Shown here: positions 26,233 to 39,316 of the stretch, piece by piece
Numbering within the stretch: the stretch's first letter is position 1
Layout of the letters: each line of letters opens with the position of its first letter
Assembly (NCBI GenBank): GCA_012295275.1
Contig: CM022674.1
Location: 5,642,001-5,706,000, forward strand
Reading direction: 5' to 3'
Origin: Chrysomallon squamiferum
Taxonomy: Eukaryota > Animalia > Mollusca
Length of the DNA: 64,000 bases
Notes under the pieces: generated by a model
Seen by the model: only the letters and a program-made list of their open reading frames with translations
Databases searched by the model: none
What the model was told of the DNA's origin: nothing
Translations under genes and position numbers: made by a program

Positions 26233-29200
26233 TGTGTGTGTGTGTCTGTCTGCGTGTGCGTGTGCGTGTTTCAGACCAATTTTTTTCTAACAACAGTCTG
26301 TCAATAAAATGTTAAGTTCACAATGAAACACAGAACCTACAATTCTCACTTAACTTTCTATCATATTTGTCATTTCATGCTAAAAACCACTGAGTCATAT
26401 ACAGGCAAAGTGGCTGTCTGAATTTAAAAAAACATTTGTACATCATTTATACAAATTAAAAATGTATATAAAATAATAATAATAATAACAACAACAATAA
26501 ATGCAGACAACTTTGCCACTACAAACAAGAGCAATTCTCTATATTTTATTTCAGATGAAGTAAACAATCCATTTAAAAAATTTATCTTTAATTTGTTAAT
26601 TTTTGATTATCTACATTTTGCAACAAATTTTAAAATCTTTTTAAGATTTCTCTTATGTTTTCTTAAAGTAAAGAAACATAATGACAGTGCCAAACAAGTC
26701 ATTGATTGGTTTGTGTAAACATGCAAATAAGGTTAATAAAAATAACACACTTTCTTTGCTTAAATAAATAATAAAACAAAGAATAAATGTAACAATAAGC
26801 AAAAGCTAGCAAAAATATCAATAATCTGAAACGAATAATTATAATAAATAAATAAATTAATAATAAATAAATAAAATTAACAATAATTATAATAAAAAAT
26901 AAATTACTAATAACAGTAAAATGTGAGGTATTATTAGTATTAATACCAGACCTGTGTTATATTAGTATTAATTAATGTCTGCATTATTTTATGAGTAACA
27001 TGCTTATTAGCTATAATACAGATAGTCCCTCTTACTTACTAACTTACTCAATAAAAAAAAAAAAATAATAATAATAAAATAAATAAATAAATAAAATAAA
27101 AAAATAATAATAAGAATGAGAGACAAATGAGAAATAAATAAAAAGGTCATGGTTTATTTCATTACTATATATGAGAATATAACACAGACGTAAGTAAGGG
27201 GTGCACTATCTGTATTAACAAACACATTACAAATTATTAATAATGTAACAAAAAAAAACATAACACCTGATAATCCATCTCCATAAAACAGAACATCTGG
27301 AATGTTTTTACTAACATCAGCCATGAAAAATTATTAACAACACAACACGACACGACACAACACAACACAACACGACACAACACAACACGTCTCATAAACC
27401 ATCTCTGTGGGACAGAACGTCAGGGGAGATGTATTTACTAGCATTAGTACTTGTTGGTTAGCTAGTTGCCAGGCAACCAATTCGAAGTTTACTTCGGTTC
27501 CTACCTGTTAACCCTGCTCCGGCTGCCCCAAACAACGATCCAATGACAGCGATGCCCACGGTGGAACCCAGAACAGCAGCACCAGCACCACCAATAATGG
27601 CCCCAGCACCAACCGCAACAAACGGTGCTGCCAACCCCCCTGTCAGACCTAGGGAGGGGTAATGTAATTTATTTGTCATGCAAAAACATAAAATAAAAAT
27701 AAAAATAAAATAAAAATGAAAATGAAAATGAAGATAACCAAAATTAAAGTTTAAAATGGAAAAAAAAGCAAAGGAATGGAAAGCAATCTACTGTGAGGCT
27801 AATGTATGTTGTATTTTGACAGAACAAATTGAAAAGTTGTCTAATCTGAAAAAGGAGGTTATGCCAAATTTATTTAATATTTAGAAACAAGAAAATTGCA
27901 ATGGTAAGGAAAGCATATGTATATATTATATATATATATGTATTTTTATTCAAAATTGGTTTTGTCAAATACAACATATTAGCAAAATAATATTAAAAAT
28001 TAAAATGAATCTATTAAACAAAAGATGGAAGTATCTGCTAGAAATCCACTAAAATAATAAATGTAAAAACACTAAAATCTACTAATAAGAAACGAAAATG
28101 ATATTTAATAACTTATTAAATATTAAAAATTAAAAATACCCAAAGCAACTGATCAATAGTTTCAAGCAAAATTTTAAAAAAATATAATAATAATAGTTTG
28201 TTTTGTTTAATATTCTTATTCTCTCTTTAATAATTTATTTAACAATTAAAATTTTCTGTACTGTTAAAAAATTATCAACAATTATCAAAATTCTTGTTTC
28301 GTATTATTCAGTTATCTACTCTCCACTTAATGTATGTCAAATTATTTTTGTATTTTTCTAAATATTCACCAACAAACCATTTTTTAATATAACCAATTCA
28401 CTTTATTTTATTCCATCTATGATTTGAGTGTGCTGATGTAACAAAGATTACAATACAAATACTATTTTCTTCAAGACAAATGTCAAACAAAGATTACAGA
28501 TGGAGTTAAAATTAATTTTTAATGATATGCATTACATATTAAAATTAGGAAAGTATTATCAGATACATATATATCATTATATTATATTATATTATATTAT
28601 ATTATATTATATTATATTATATTATATTATATTATATTATATTATATTATATTATACTATACTATATTAATATATGATGTTATAATCATTTTGATAAATA
28701 CAAATTAGTAACAAACTAAAAAAAATTCTGATATAAAAATTAACTAAAAAATGAAAAACTAATAAAAAAAATAAGAACTAAAAAAATAATAAGTGTCTAA
28801 AACACAAAACAAGTATAAAAATAATAATAAAATAATAATTTTAGACACCACTATAACACAACTTAAAAAATATCCAGCTTTTCTTAGCAGACATCTTGAC
28901 CATCCAAGACAACAGCCAGCTAAGTTGAATAACCTGAATCAAACACCCTCCACCAAATATCATTGGCTGATTTGTTTTTCTTACCTATCAAAGCTCCGCC
29001 CCCAACTGTAGCCAGACCAATCAGAGCTATCCTCTTGGCTTTGGCTTTTCGTTCTTCTTTGGTTTTTTCTGTAATTTCCTCCCTAAATGAATATAAAATT
29101 TTATTTTGAAGAAAGTAATTATATAAACAGATGAACATTACCTGCCAAAAATAAAGTAATACTAATCCAGTCCTGCAACAAAATAAACCCAGTTGAAAAA

Positions 29201-31350
29201 TAACATTTGTTCCAGAGAATTCTGGATAAAAGACGTCTATGTACTTACCAATTAATAATAACTACTACACCAAAACTAACTCATAAGTGTCTTGTATCCA
29301 ATAAACAGAAATGTAACAGAACAGATATGACTGAAGTAACAAACATTAATTTCATTATTTAGAAACTCTGAAGGATCTTATAAAGACAAAACAACAGCAA
29401 TGTCCATTATTATAAATATGTGCATATAATTACATCTAATGTCTGCAGAAATAAAAATGATCATTTTACAAAACCCTATTACACCTGATATGAAGGAAAC
29501 TTGAGGCATGTTCTCTATATACAGAAGGCAGCATTATTCAGTGAATCTAAGCACCAGAGCAACCCCATACATGAGAACAAAGAGAAAATAATTTAATTTT
29601 CATGAGCTGACCAAAAAAAAAAAATAAAAATATAAACCAGTTGCAGTATCCTTTGCAGGGTGGTTATATTACACTGGTTGACTTATCAAACAGGTTTTTG
29701 TGCAACACAAATGGCTACATTATGCTGTGTTTTAGTGTCTATAATACAGAGGTGGTTGTATTACACAGGTTGGTTTGTATTACACAGGTGGTTGGTTTAC
29801 ACAGGTCTCATACGTACTGGGACAGCTCGTACTGTTTGCTGACGAGAGCTCTGGCCAGGCTGCTCTCTATCTCCTCCAGACTGTCCCAGCTCACTCTCAG
29901 TTGCCAGGCAACGTGTTTGATGAGCACTCGCATTCGCGAGTCGTAGCAACCTGCAGAACAAAAATTTGTTTTTATTAACGTCTCGTGACTTTGTGAAAGA
30001 AAGAGCTAGTAAAAAAATATTACAAGTAAAACTGACACATAAGTTTATGTAAATTATTAATGTTATCAAATAATAAAACAAAATGCCAAAATTCAACAAG
30101 TAAATACCTCCAGCAGATTATTTAAACTTATGCTTTACAGCTTTTTTGTTTTTTGTTGTTGTTGTTGCTGTTTTGACAAGAACAAGCAATTAAATTATTA
30201 ACAACATCCTACAAGACTAAATACCAATGTCATTAATATTCATGAATGTTCAGAAAGGATTCATTCAAAGTACGGAAAAAAAAAAAAAAAAAGTTCACCA
30301 TTTCTAATCGCCATGGTAACCATGTCAGTGATAACGAGGTCTCCTCTGTTCTTGAGGTAAGCTTCTTCAAGCAGCAGATCGATGTAGGGTGTGGTCTCAT
30401 CCATTCCATGTCCTTCTAACAGGGCCTCAATTGAAACACGTACCTGTTAAGTAAATAAATAAATTAATTGTAAGTAAATAAAGAAATTATTTAATATATT
30501 AATAAATTAATTAATACTAGTAAATAATTATGTAAATAAACATTTGAGTAAAAAAGTAAATACATAAATAAATATGCAAATAAATAAATAAAAAATGTAT
30601 CATTTAATTAATTGATGCTGGTAAATAAATAATTCATCAATAAATCAGTAAATAAATTTAAATAAACAAACAAGTAAATTATGTACCAGTTTATAAGTAT
30701 TAATGCTGGAAGAAATATCAGTATTCAGTGAATTTTTATTCAACTTTTAAAAAAACACAAATTTCATTTAAATTTTAATAAATAAGAAAAAGTACAATAT
30801 ATTTCTAGCAGATTTAATATAAAACAAATCATTTGCCAATCAACAGATTAATTAAATAGCATTTGCTAAACTAATAATAACAACAACAAAAACAATACAA
30901 AAAATAAACATATAAAATGATATATTACAAAATTCTTTAAGAATCAAACATCACCTGTTCTGGTTGGTCCATATATTCCAGAATCATTTTTAAAGTGTCT
31001 TTTTTAAACCTCCTGAAAACAAAACAAAACACTGCATTGTCTTAAAATGTGTCATGTGATCTTATGTTATTAAATCAGATTTATAAAATTTATATTTTAT
31101 AAAATTTATATAACCTGCTGCATTTTTCATCATAGTATATTCAAATTTAATTATGCTGCTAAGAAAAACAAAGCACTATTAATTTATTAAAATTGTTTTT
31201 AACTGAAGTTTCTTAATTTCTTTTTCCTTTTTCTATATTTTTTTTTAAATTAATAGTACCAGACCATTTATCTGCACTAACATAAAAGATTTACATGTTA
31301 TATCATTTATATTTTTAGTATATATCTTATTTATTTATCATCAATTATTT

Positions 31351-31389
<39 letters not shown>

Positions 31390-32882
31390 CAAGACATGGC
31401 CCAGAATGCTTGAACATTCAGAAATCCAGATTACCAATGCTTCCAAGCTTGTGAGATAAATCATCTATTATTCATTTCTTATTTTGTTGTTGTTTTTGTT
31501 TTATAACTATTATTATATATACTGCTGTAATTGTGATTATTATTAAAGTTCTCCTGTAATTATTATTACTCGTGACAAAGTAAAATTAAAACAAAATAAT
31601 AAAAATAACTAAATTTTTATGGTTCATATTATTAGTTGCAAATTGTATTATTACCATCACTATATTTACTATACAATCAGTTTAAGCTATTTAAAATTAC
31701 TATATTATATACTATATTATGCAATAATAATCTATAATAGCATTAAATTTTTCTGTTTTTCATTATATTAAAATTGAGAAATAGTTTCTCAAACAAAGGG
31801 ACATAACTCTATTACTTGTGCCAATGATCTTCAAACAGCAGACGAAGGGACATAGCACACAGTGCAGAATAGGAATAATTTCCAACATCAGTGAGTCGCT
31901 TACACAGAGGCTGAAAGTCCTTGTCTGTGTTTGGCTCACCTGAAACAGATACAAAAAACTTTTTATTTATGTCTTTAAAAAACAAAAACAAAAACTCACT
32001 GATAGTGATACAGATATAGAATTTCCTTGAAGAAACATCTCTTTAAATTACATTCACACTATTACAAAAAATAACAATTTCCAGTATTCTAATGCAGCAT
32101 GTGTCTATGTCAAATAATATTTCAACATAAATATTAATTGTATATTATTTGAAAATTAAATGTTGTGTTGGTTGCAATACATCTGTTGCTAAGGATGTTA
32201 GCAAAAGTGAGAGAGAAAGAAACCTTGTTATAATATTTGCAGCTGATTCCCATATACACATTTCCTGTTTGTGATGTGTATGCAAGAGACATTTGTTGCT
32301 ATTTGTTTGATGTTTTTTAAAATTACACCAGAAAACATACTTTGCTGATAATAACAATGTAAGTCAAAAAGAATTTTTTAATGAAGTTTTTTTTTATTTC
32401 ATTGACTAATTTTTGACTGTTTATTATTTGATTTTTTTTTATTTATTTATTTATTTGTTTAAATTTAATAATTTAATATGAATTTTTATTTCTAAATATT
32501 TAATTAACACTAACAGTAACAGTAACAGCTGTATTACAATGTCTAGGTGAACACGCTCTCTCGTCTCTGTTTCGGGGCATTCAGTTTCAAAATATACACT
32601 ACAGTTAACAAATTAGTTTATAAGTAGTTAGCATCATACTTCGTGATGTAGTACAATTTTTGATTTTCCATTTAAGACTTGAAGTTAGTTAAATTCCATT
32701 ACAGCTGCAATCGACTATTTTACAAACTACTTATTGCTGTAATAATAAAAACTATTAAAATGGCCTGCATATATGTTACCATCTCGATCTGAACTGTTGT
32801 CATTATTTGAATAATTCAGTTCTTTGGAATGAACGTCGAACGTCTTGTTTTTGGAACTACTGTCCAAACCACCCTCCGCCAT
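20985..32882 (-). CDS. TMCO4: Transmembrane and coiled-coil domain-containing protein 4 (DUF726, alpha/beta-hydrolase-like); 14 exons, 769 aa
   Basis: Exons 32882-32780, 31939-31816, 31012-30955, 30443-30299, 29950-29818, 29082-28985, 27648-27505, 25987-25844, 24878-24717, 24343-24207, 24048-23964, 23242-23125, 22528-22411, 21725-20985; all GT-AG, phases consistent, total 2310 nt. Hallmark segments YSALCAMSL, YDSRMRVL, IGLATVGGGALIGLTGGLAAP, GYKMKKRVGDIEEFEF, VIDNPWSV, RPVTLIGFSLGARVIY (GxSxG), GDWLLKFLYR, VNGHTDY. Confidence 0.95.
27019..27212. mobile_element. Non-autonomous Tc1/mariner-pogo-type MITE remnant (194 bp) in TMCO4 intron 7
   Basis: TA|CAGATAGTCCCTCTTACTTAC ... GTAAGTAAGGGGTGCACTATCTG|TA: imperfect ~21-23-bp terminal inverted repeats starting CAG, flanked by TA on both sides (27017-27018, 27213-27214), AT-rich interior. 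Confidence 0.6.
28578..28668. repeat. (TATAT/ATTAT)n pentanucleotide microsatellite
   Basis: Directly visible perfect array in TMCO4 intron 6. Confidence 0.9.
29650..29806. repeat. ~20-bp minisatellite (tattacacaggtggttg) next to the TMCO4 exon 5 donor
   Basis: acagaggtggttgtattacacaggttggtttgtattacacaggtggttggtttacacagg. Confidence 0.65.
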
Positions 32883-33894
32883 ATTTTTCCATCCTCTAAA
32901 TCGTATTTCCGCATGTGAAAAAAAAGACTAATCGGAAAATTCCGGACATTGTCGCCTCTTTTCGATCACTTGTTTATCAGGGCCCTTTAAAAATCGCGAA
33001 GCGCACATTTAAATATTTATTTCTGTTTTCAGGACCTATTTTATTCATTAGTGTTGGTGACAATATTCATCATTCATATTAACTTTAAAATATCTATATA
33101 AATGGTTTTGTCTTTGTTTAAATAATTTGTACATCATACTTATACTACATGTAGTTTCTGTTAATAATTAAATTTATAAAAAAAAAAAAAAAAAAAGGAA
33201 AGACATAATAATTTATATAACTATATTTTCATCATAGGTTATCTATGAAAATAAAACTTGTTTGGTGCCATATCTAAATTTGTTATAAGGCCTCGGGACC
33301 GCGTATTATACATAATTATGATCGTAATTTGCGAGTTCTGCTGTAGTTAGCGAATTTTATTTGGTACATGCGCAGTACAAAAGCGCTTTCTATTTCCGGG
33401 ACATCGGCAGGTGAATAATAGTGAATAGAGTCATTCAGGTGTTGTGTTAGACTGACTGACATTTACCTTTGGGGTTTAGAACCTAACAGGATTTACAGTT
33501 ATTAGTAGCAGGTGAACTTTATTTCTTCAATGTATGTATAGCAGTTAATTAACATTCCTGAAGCTGATAATCTTGTTTTCTCGTGGTTGTGAAATTTGTC
33601 GGTAAAAAACCAAAACAAAACATTCTTTACTTTAGAAAGAAATACTGTTGATTCGGCCCTAATATTCATTATATTGGGAGACAGTAACCTCTTGTTTTTT
33701 TCTTTTTTTTTTTTCTACGGAAAGATAAATGGATATGGAAACTTCATTTGTTTATGAATTATAATTTTCCATTAAAAAGAAGAAGAAAAAAAGTGATTGA
33801 TTTTATCGGCGGATCTTCTTGCCGATCATAACGTCATACGACTCAATGTGTTACTGTGCGTGTTATGCCAGGTAGAATTTCTGTACTCGCCGAC
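32883..33894. promoter_or_regulatory. Shared bidirectional promoter region TMCO4/OTUD3
   Basis: Start codons diverge about 1 kb apart. CpG-enriched patches; YY1-like AATATGGCGG overlapping the TMCO4 ATG; inverted ETS-like pair CGGAA-AA-TTCCG (32933-32944); NRF1-like CATGCGCAG (33367-33375); TTTCCGG (33393-33399) followed by a possible 5'-UTR donor CAG|GTGAAT (33410/33411). Confidence 0.65.
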
Positions 33895-35148
33895 ATGACT
33901 AGAAACCAGAATCAAAGACTAAACGTCACCAGAAGTCCAGGTGGTAACACTTCGAGAAAAAAGGAAGAACGAGCCATGCGAGAAGCTTTCAGAAAAGAAC
34001 ATAAAATCGAATCGTATCTTGCCGATGACGAAAATTTCCCCGTATTTTCTTTGCAGCTGAAAAAAATGGGCCTGCAACTGAGGGATATCCCAGGTGATGG
34101 GTAAGCAAAATATGTTTTTATTTATTAACAGCTTTCTTAAAAGCTTGAAAGCACCCCATCACAGGTGGCAACCAACTGTATAATGATTATTAATATTAAT
34201 ATATAATCAGTCATATATGTGTGTGTACATGTATGTGTGTGTACATGTATGTGTGAATGTGTATGTATGTGTATATATATATATATATATATATTCCAAT
34301 GATGTTATAGAACCATAAGTTTTGTATTGTACAAAATAAATATTCTCAAAACCTGTTGGTCATGACTTAATCTTTTCACTTCACCGAGTTCGTTGTTTAC
34401 TAGGTTAACCTTTAATGAGAAAAGTCATGTATATAAACAATCAGATTGTATTCTTTGAACTGTAATGTAGTTGTCATTTACACGCTTGCAGTTGTTGGAC
34501 TATTGCCAGAACATTTCCAAAAAATTATTATTATTTCAAAAAGAACAAAAAAGAACAGGCTTCATGTTTCAGAGAGATAAGTTTTTAAAGGACTCTTAAC
34601 ACATTTAAAGTCAATGGTTTTGTACACTGAGAGATAAAAATCAGGAATCACCATTGCTTACCAATTCACAGCAAAGTGGTATTTTTTATAATTATTTTTT
34701 TATTATTTTAAATTAATTTGTCCTCTCGTTGCCAGCAGTCAACATAACAGAGACTAGAATTAATTTTTGCCCTTATGAGGCACTGCTTGCAATGGGAAAC
34801 ATCTTAATGTATGCATCAAGGACTACTGATCTTTTGTTCATTTGCTCTTTATGATTACTGTTTTATCATATTTCAACCAGAATATTTGTAAAATCAATTT
34901 CTAAAAAGAAATTAGAATCATTTCATTCAAAGAATTAAGAAAAACAAAACATATGTATAAAATTGCACACACACACACACATACACACAAACACACACAA
35001 ACACGTTATTTTTAGTGATCAGTGTGAATAATACATTAACAAAATCTATAAATGAATAACTGATACTTTATTATTTATTATCAGTGAGTGGGGCATTTAA
35101 AATTTTAATGATAAATACTGGTTAGGTGATTATTAAAAACTATAATCT

Positions 35149-35182
<34 letters not shown>

Positions 35183-36838
35183 TTATATATCTCTAATAGA
35201 ATTGTGTTGTGTAACCATTCTGATAACACATATTTTTAAAACAAAAATCTGTCCTGTTTACCTGCTAAATGTATTAACTTATATTGAGAACTGGATCACA
35301 AAAATCATTTATTTATTTATTATCATTATTATTATTATACACATTAAAATACCAGTAGAGCAAAAACCAGTAAAAACATTTATTTCCAGTTTGGTCTGAA
35401 ATAACATTTGACTATTTGGTGACAACTGAATTAAAACCTTTATCTCAAATCTACAAATACATAGAGAGTTTTTATTATTTCTACTAACTTAAATCTAATA
35501 CTAAAAATTGTATGTTTAAATATAATCTACATCCAATTGTATCACAGACAAATTATTTTTACAATTTACGAAATATTGCTTTAGTAACAGCTTTAATTTT
35601 CAAAACATCAGTTGAGTATTAAAACAATATTTCTCATTAGTTTGGATTGGGAAAATATACATTATTAAATACACTAGTTAATCTTTTACAAACAATTCAA
35701 ATCTTTTTTTATTAGCAATGTTGAAAATTAAGGAGGCTGTAACTTTGTTTTTTTCTTTTTCAAATTGCTTTTGTATAGAAATGATACATACATTCACAAT
35801 CTTAAAAAAAACAATTTAAAAACCCCATTAATCTCTACAAATGTTACAAAGTTGAAATTAATTTACTAATGTTTAACACACTAGTACATTAAAATGTGAA
35901 CATTAAAATATTATATATGCAAGTAAAAGATGTTGACTAATCAAATTCGTCTTTATATACAATTAGAAAAAAATTAACAAATAATTAAATAATAATAAAG
36001 TAAATATTAAGAATTTATAGGTCTTTTCAAAATAGTTTATCCATAAATTGATTTAAACCTTTAAGAACAAATTATTTTTAAGAGATATACAAAACATGCT
36101 TGGTGGAAAAATAATAATAATAATTGTTATTTTCTTCAGAAATCTTTTAACCTCATTTTGTAAACAGTTCCTTACCCCTCGGGCTTAAATAAAGCTATCA
36201 ATGGGTGTAGAGAGCAGACAGTCACCAGTTGAAACGTCCACACCTTATCAAGATACGGGTTCAAAATGTGCAATAAAAACAGTTTATCCCAACAGAACTT
36301 ATTTTAATCATCGTATGTATTTTATCTTTAGGAAAATAACCTTTATAGATAACTTACACCTGTAGATTTTATAAGTGATATGATGATAGTCTATCACTAA
36401 TGGTTTCTTTTATTTTTTTTATTTTTTTTTTTTTTTTATCTCTGGAGAGGAGGGTCTATGTCTTTAAACACGTATTCACTGTTTTTATTTGTGTTGGTAC
36501 AGTTTTGTGTGATTTTCCTTTGTACACATTTTTTTTTTTTATTTTTTGTTTTCTTTTGTTGTCATTACCTGAAACATTGATTTAGAAAACCCCCTAACTG
36601 CTGATAAAAATTCAGTGAATAAAACAAGTGCTATAAAAAAAAGTAATATGATGAATATATGAGGCTGGTTCTAATCTAGAAAAATAATAAGACAAATGAG
36701 CACTGAACAAAAGATATAATTCTGAATGTCTCACTATTTAACTTGTACAGATAGCAGAAGATCTGTTATAATTATCATTAAGATTAAATTTTGAAAGAAT
36801 TTTTTTTTATTATTTTTTCATTCTGTGGTTTATGAAAA

Positions 36839-36873
<35 letters not shown>

Positions 36874-37527
36874 ATATAAAAAAAATAATAAAAAAAAAAA
36901 AATAAATAAATAAAATAATGGAATAAGTAAATAAATAAATAGATGGATAAATAAATAAAGGAATTGTTATTTGAATAGAGCAAAACGTTCCCTATGATAC
37001 AAAGTTACAGTTTCATCTATTTCATTGGCATTTATTTTTTGATATAATGAACCACACCCCCACACATTTTCTAAATGAAAGTTATTCAAACAAGTTACAC
37101 CACACCTTATACTATTCAAATATTCATCAGTAAATAGGGTTCTATACAAGAAAGTTGCTTCTTTATAATCATAAATTTATATAAATACATTTAAAAGCAA
37201 ATTTTCTTTTTGAAGAATCGTTTCTGTTAAACATTTTAAAATAATTCATCTGTTATAATGTTTAAATTATTATTTTAAACTGTAATTTATGATAAATTTG
37301 CTTATTCAACAGTAAAGGGTTCTATATAATGTGAAGTTAACTACCACACTTTAGACAGTTTGATACTCGTTTATAAGTTTATATATATATATTTTTAAAG
37401 AAAATGTATTTCTGTTTAAAGTATTATTATAAACTGTATTTCAAATGGGTGTATTTCCTTTCTAATCTTAGCACTGCTCCATGCAAAGTTTTCATTTATG
37501 AAAATTATTAGTCTTGGTTTTAGTTTA

Positions 37528-37558
<31 letters not shown>

Positions 37559-38605
37559 TCATTCATTCATTTCTTTCTTCTTAATTTTTTTCATTATAAA
37601 TTTGTGTAGTTCTAGAATCTGTTTCAGTATTTGTTTCACTTGATTTCATTCTAATAAATTTACTTTACCTAACTTTATTATTATTTTTATATTTTTATTT
37701 TGTTTTATTTTATTTATTTATTTATTTTACTTTTGTTTTTACTTTTATTTTTTTTAAATACCTTTATAATTACTTTATGTTAATACTTTATGTTAATACA
37801 AAAGGTTAATACTTTATTAATTCATAACAGAAACTGGTCAGTGCATGGGCAGTTGATATATTATTGATCTATTAATTTAAAAGAATATAAGAAATTGATA
37901 TGTCTTTAGTGTTAAAACAAAAGAGCCACGAATCAATGTGATCTGGTCTGAGATAAATATAAAATGTATTTGGATTGTCTGTGTGTTTGTACTAGTGTCT
38001 ATGAATGTCTGTATGTGTGTTTCTATATCTATGTACATATGTGTGTTTGTGTTTGTGTGTGTGTGACTATATGAATGTGTAAATATGTCTTCTTTCTTGG
38101 ATGTGTGTTCGTGTGTCTACATATATATATACATAATCTGTTTCTTTAAAACTACTCAATATACATTATCTGTATATGTATATATCTGTGGATTTGTGTT
38201 TATTAGAATATATTATATATCACGTATTTTCAATACACAATATGAAGGTGTTTTTTTTTTTTTTTAGACTGATCAAAACAGTCACATAATTATTTTCTAC
38301 AGAGTTATTTTCTATAAATAACGTTGTTGTTGTTGTTGTAGTCGTAATTGTTGAGCTCACAGCTTCTTCTGTACATTGACATGTATAAAGATTAATGGGT
38401 GTGTGTAAGTGATTCAACAATAACCTACATACCTTCACCTTCTTAGTGTTGGGCTTTGTACACAAACATTAAAAGGATTTCATTTTTGTTTTCACTGTGT
38501 GAATTTAAATGAGGTTTAAGTTGTTTTCACATGTCTTGGTTAATGGTAATGTTTGAATCACCATATTGTTGTCTAAATAAACAGTAGCTTGGCATGTGTG
38601 TGGAA

Positions 38606-38637
<32 letters not shown>

Positions 38638-39280
38638 TCTCAGTATATATATATATATAGAGAGAGAGAGAGACCCACCATTAGTAATATCATGAAACAG
38701 TTGAAAATTGTGACCAAATATTACACAATGTGAATAAATAGATGCTGAAATAACAACAAACATTTTAATGCTGACTAAATGATAAATACATTTATTTCAG
38801 TAGTTCATAGTTATTCAACATTTATGTGTGTTTACATAATAAGCAACTGAAACATATTTGTTGGTTTTTTTAAAAATATTTGCAGCAATTGGAATGATAT
38901 ATTTCAAAATCTAACTGGTGATATCAAAATATTTCCCAATTAGAATTCTTGTTTTTGCATAAAACATGGTTCATACTAATATAAATGATTTAAAATAATG
39001 CCAAGTGTATTTCTTCCTCCATCGCCTGCAACTTGTAACATTTTAATTACCAAAGCCTTTTAACTTTATAATCTTAACTCTAGCAATAAAGAAAAAAAAA
39101 TGTAATTGTTCTAACATATTGTGTGCTTTATTCACCATGCACGTTAAATTAGCAACATTGTACTTTGGAAACAGTTGAGAATTTGGCTTAACCATTCAGA
39201 CATGTAACTGCATTGCATGCAGTGATGTAAATAGATTTTAGTATCTAAGACGTGGGGGTTGAAAGCTATAAGCCTCTCCA

Positions 39281-39316
<36 letters not shown>

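Noticed and set aside
36170-36300. Possible Penelope/hammerhead-like fragment (...gaaacgtccacacc)
   Set aside because: The CTGANGA core is missing and stems are weak.
36648-36725. ATGATGA...CTGA spaced like a C/D-box snoRNA in OTUD3 intron 1
   Set aside because: No convincing terminal stem or recognisable rRNA guide; such boxes are frequent in AT-rich DNA.
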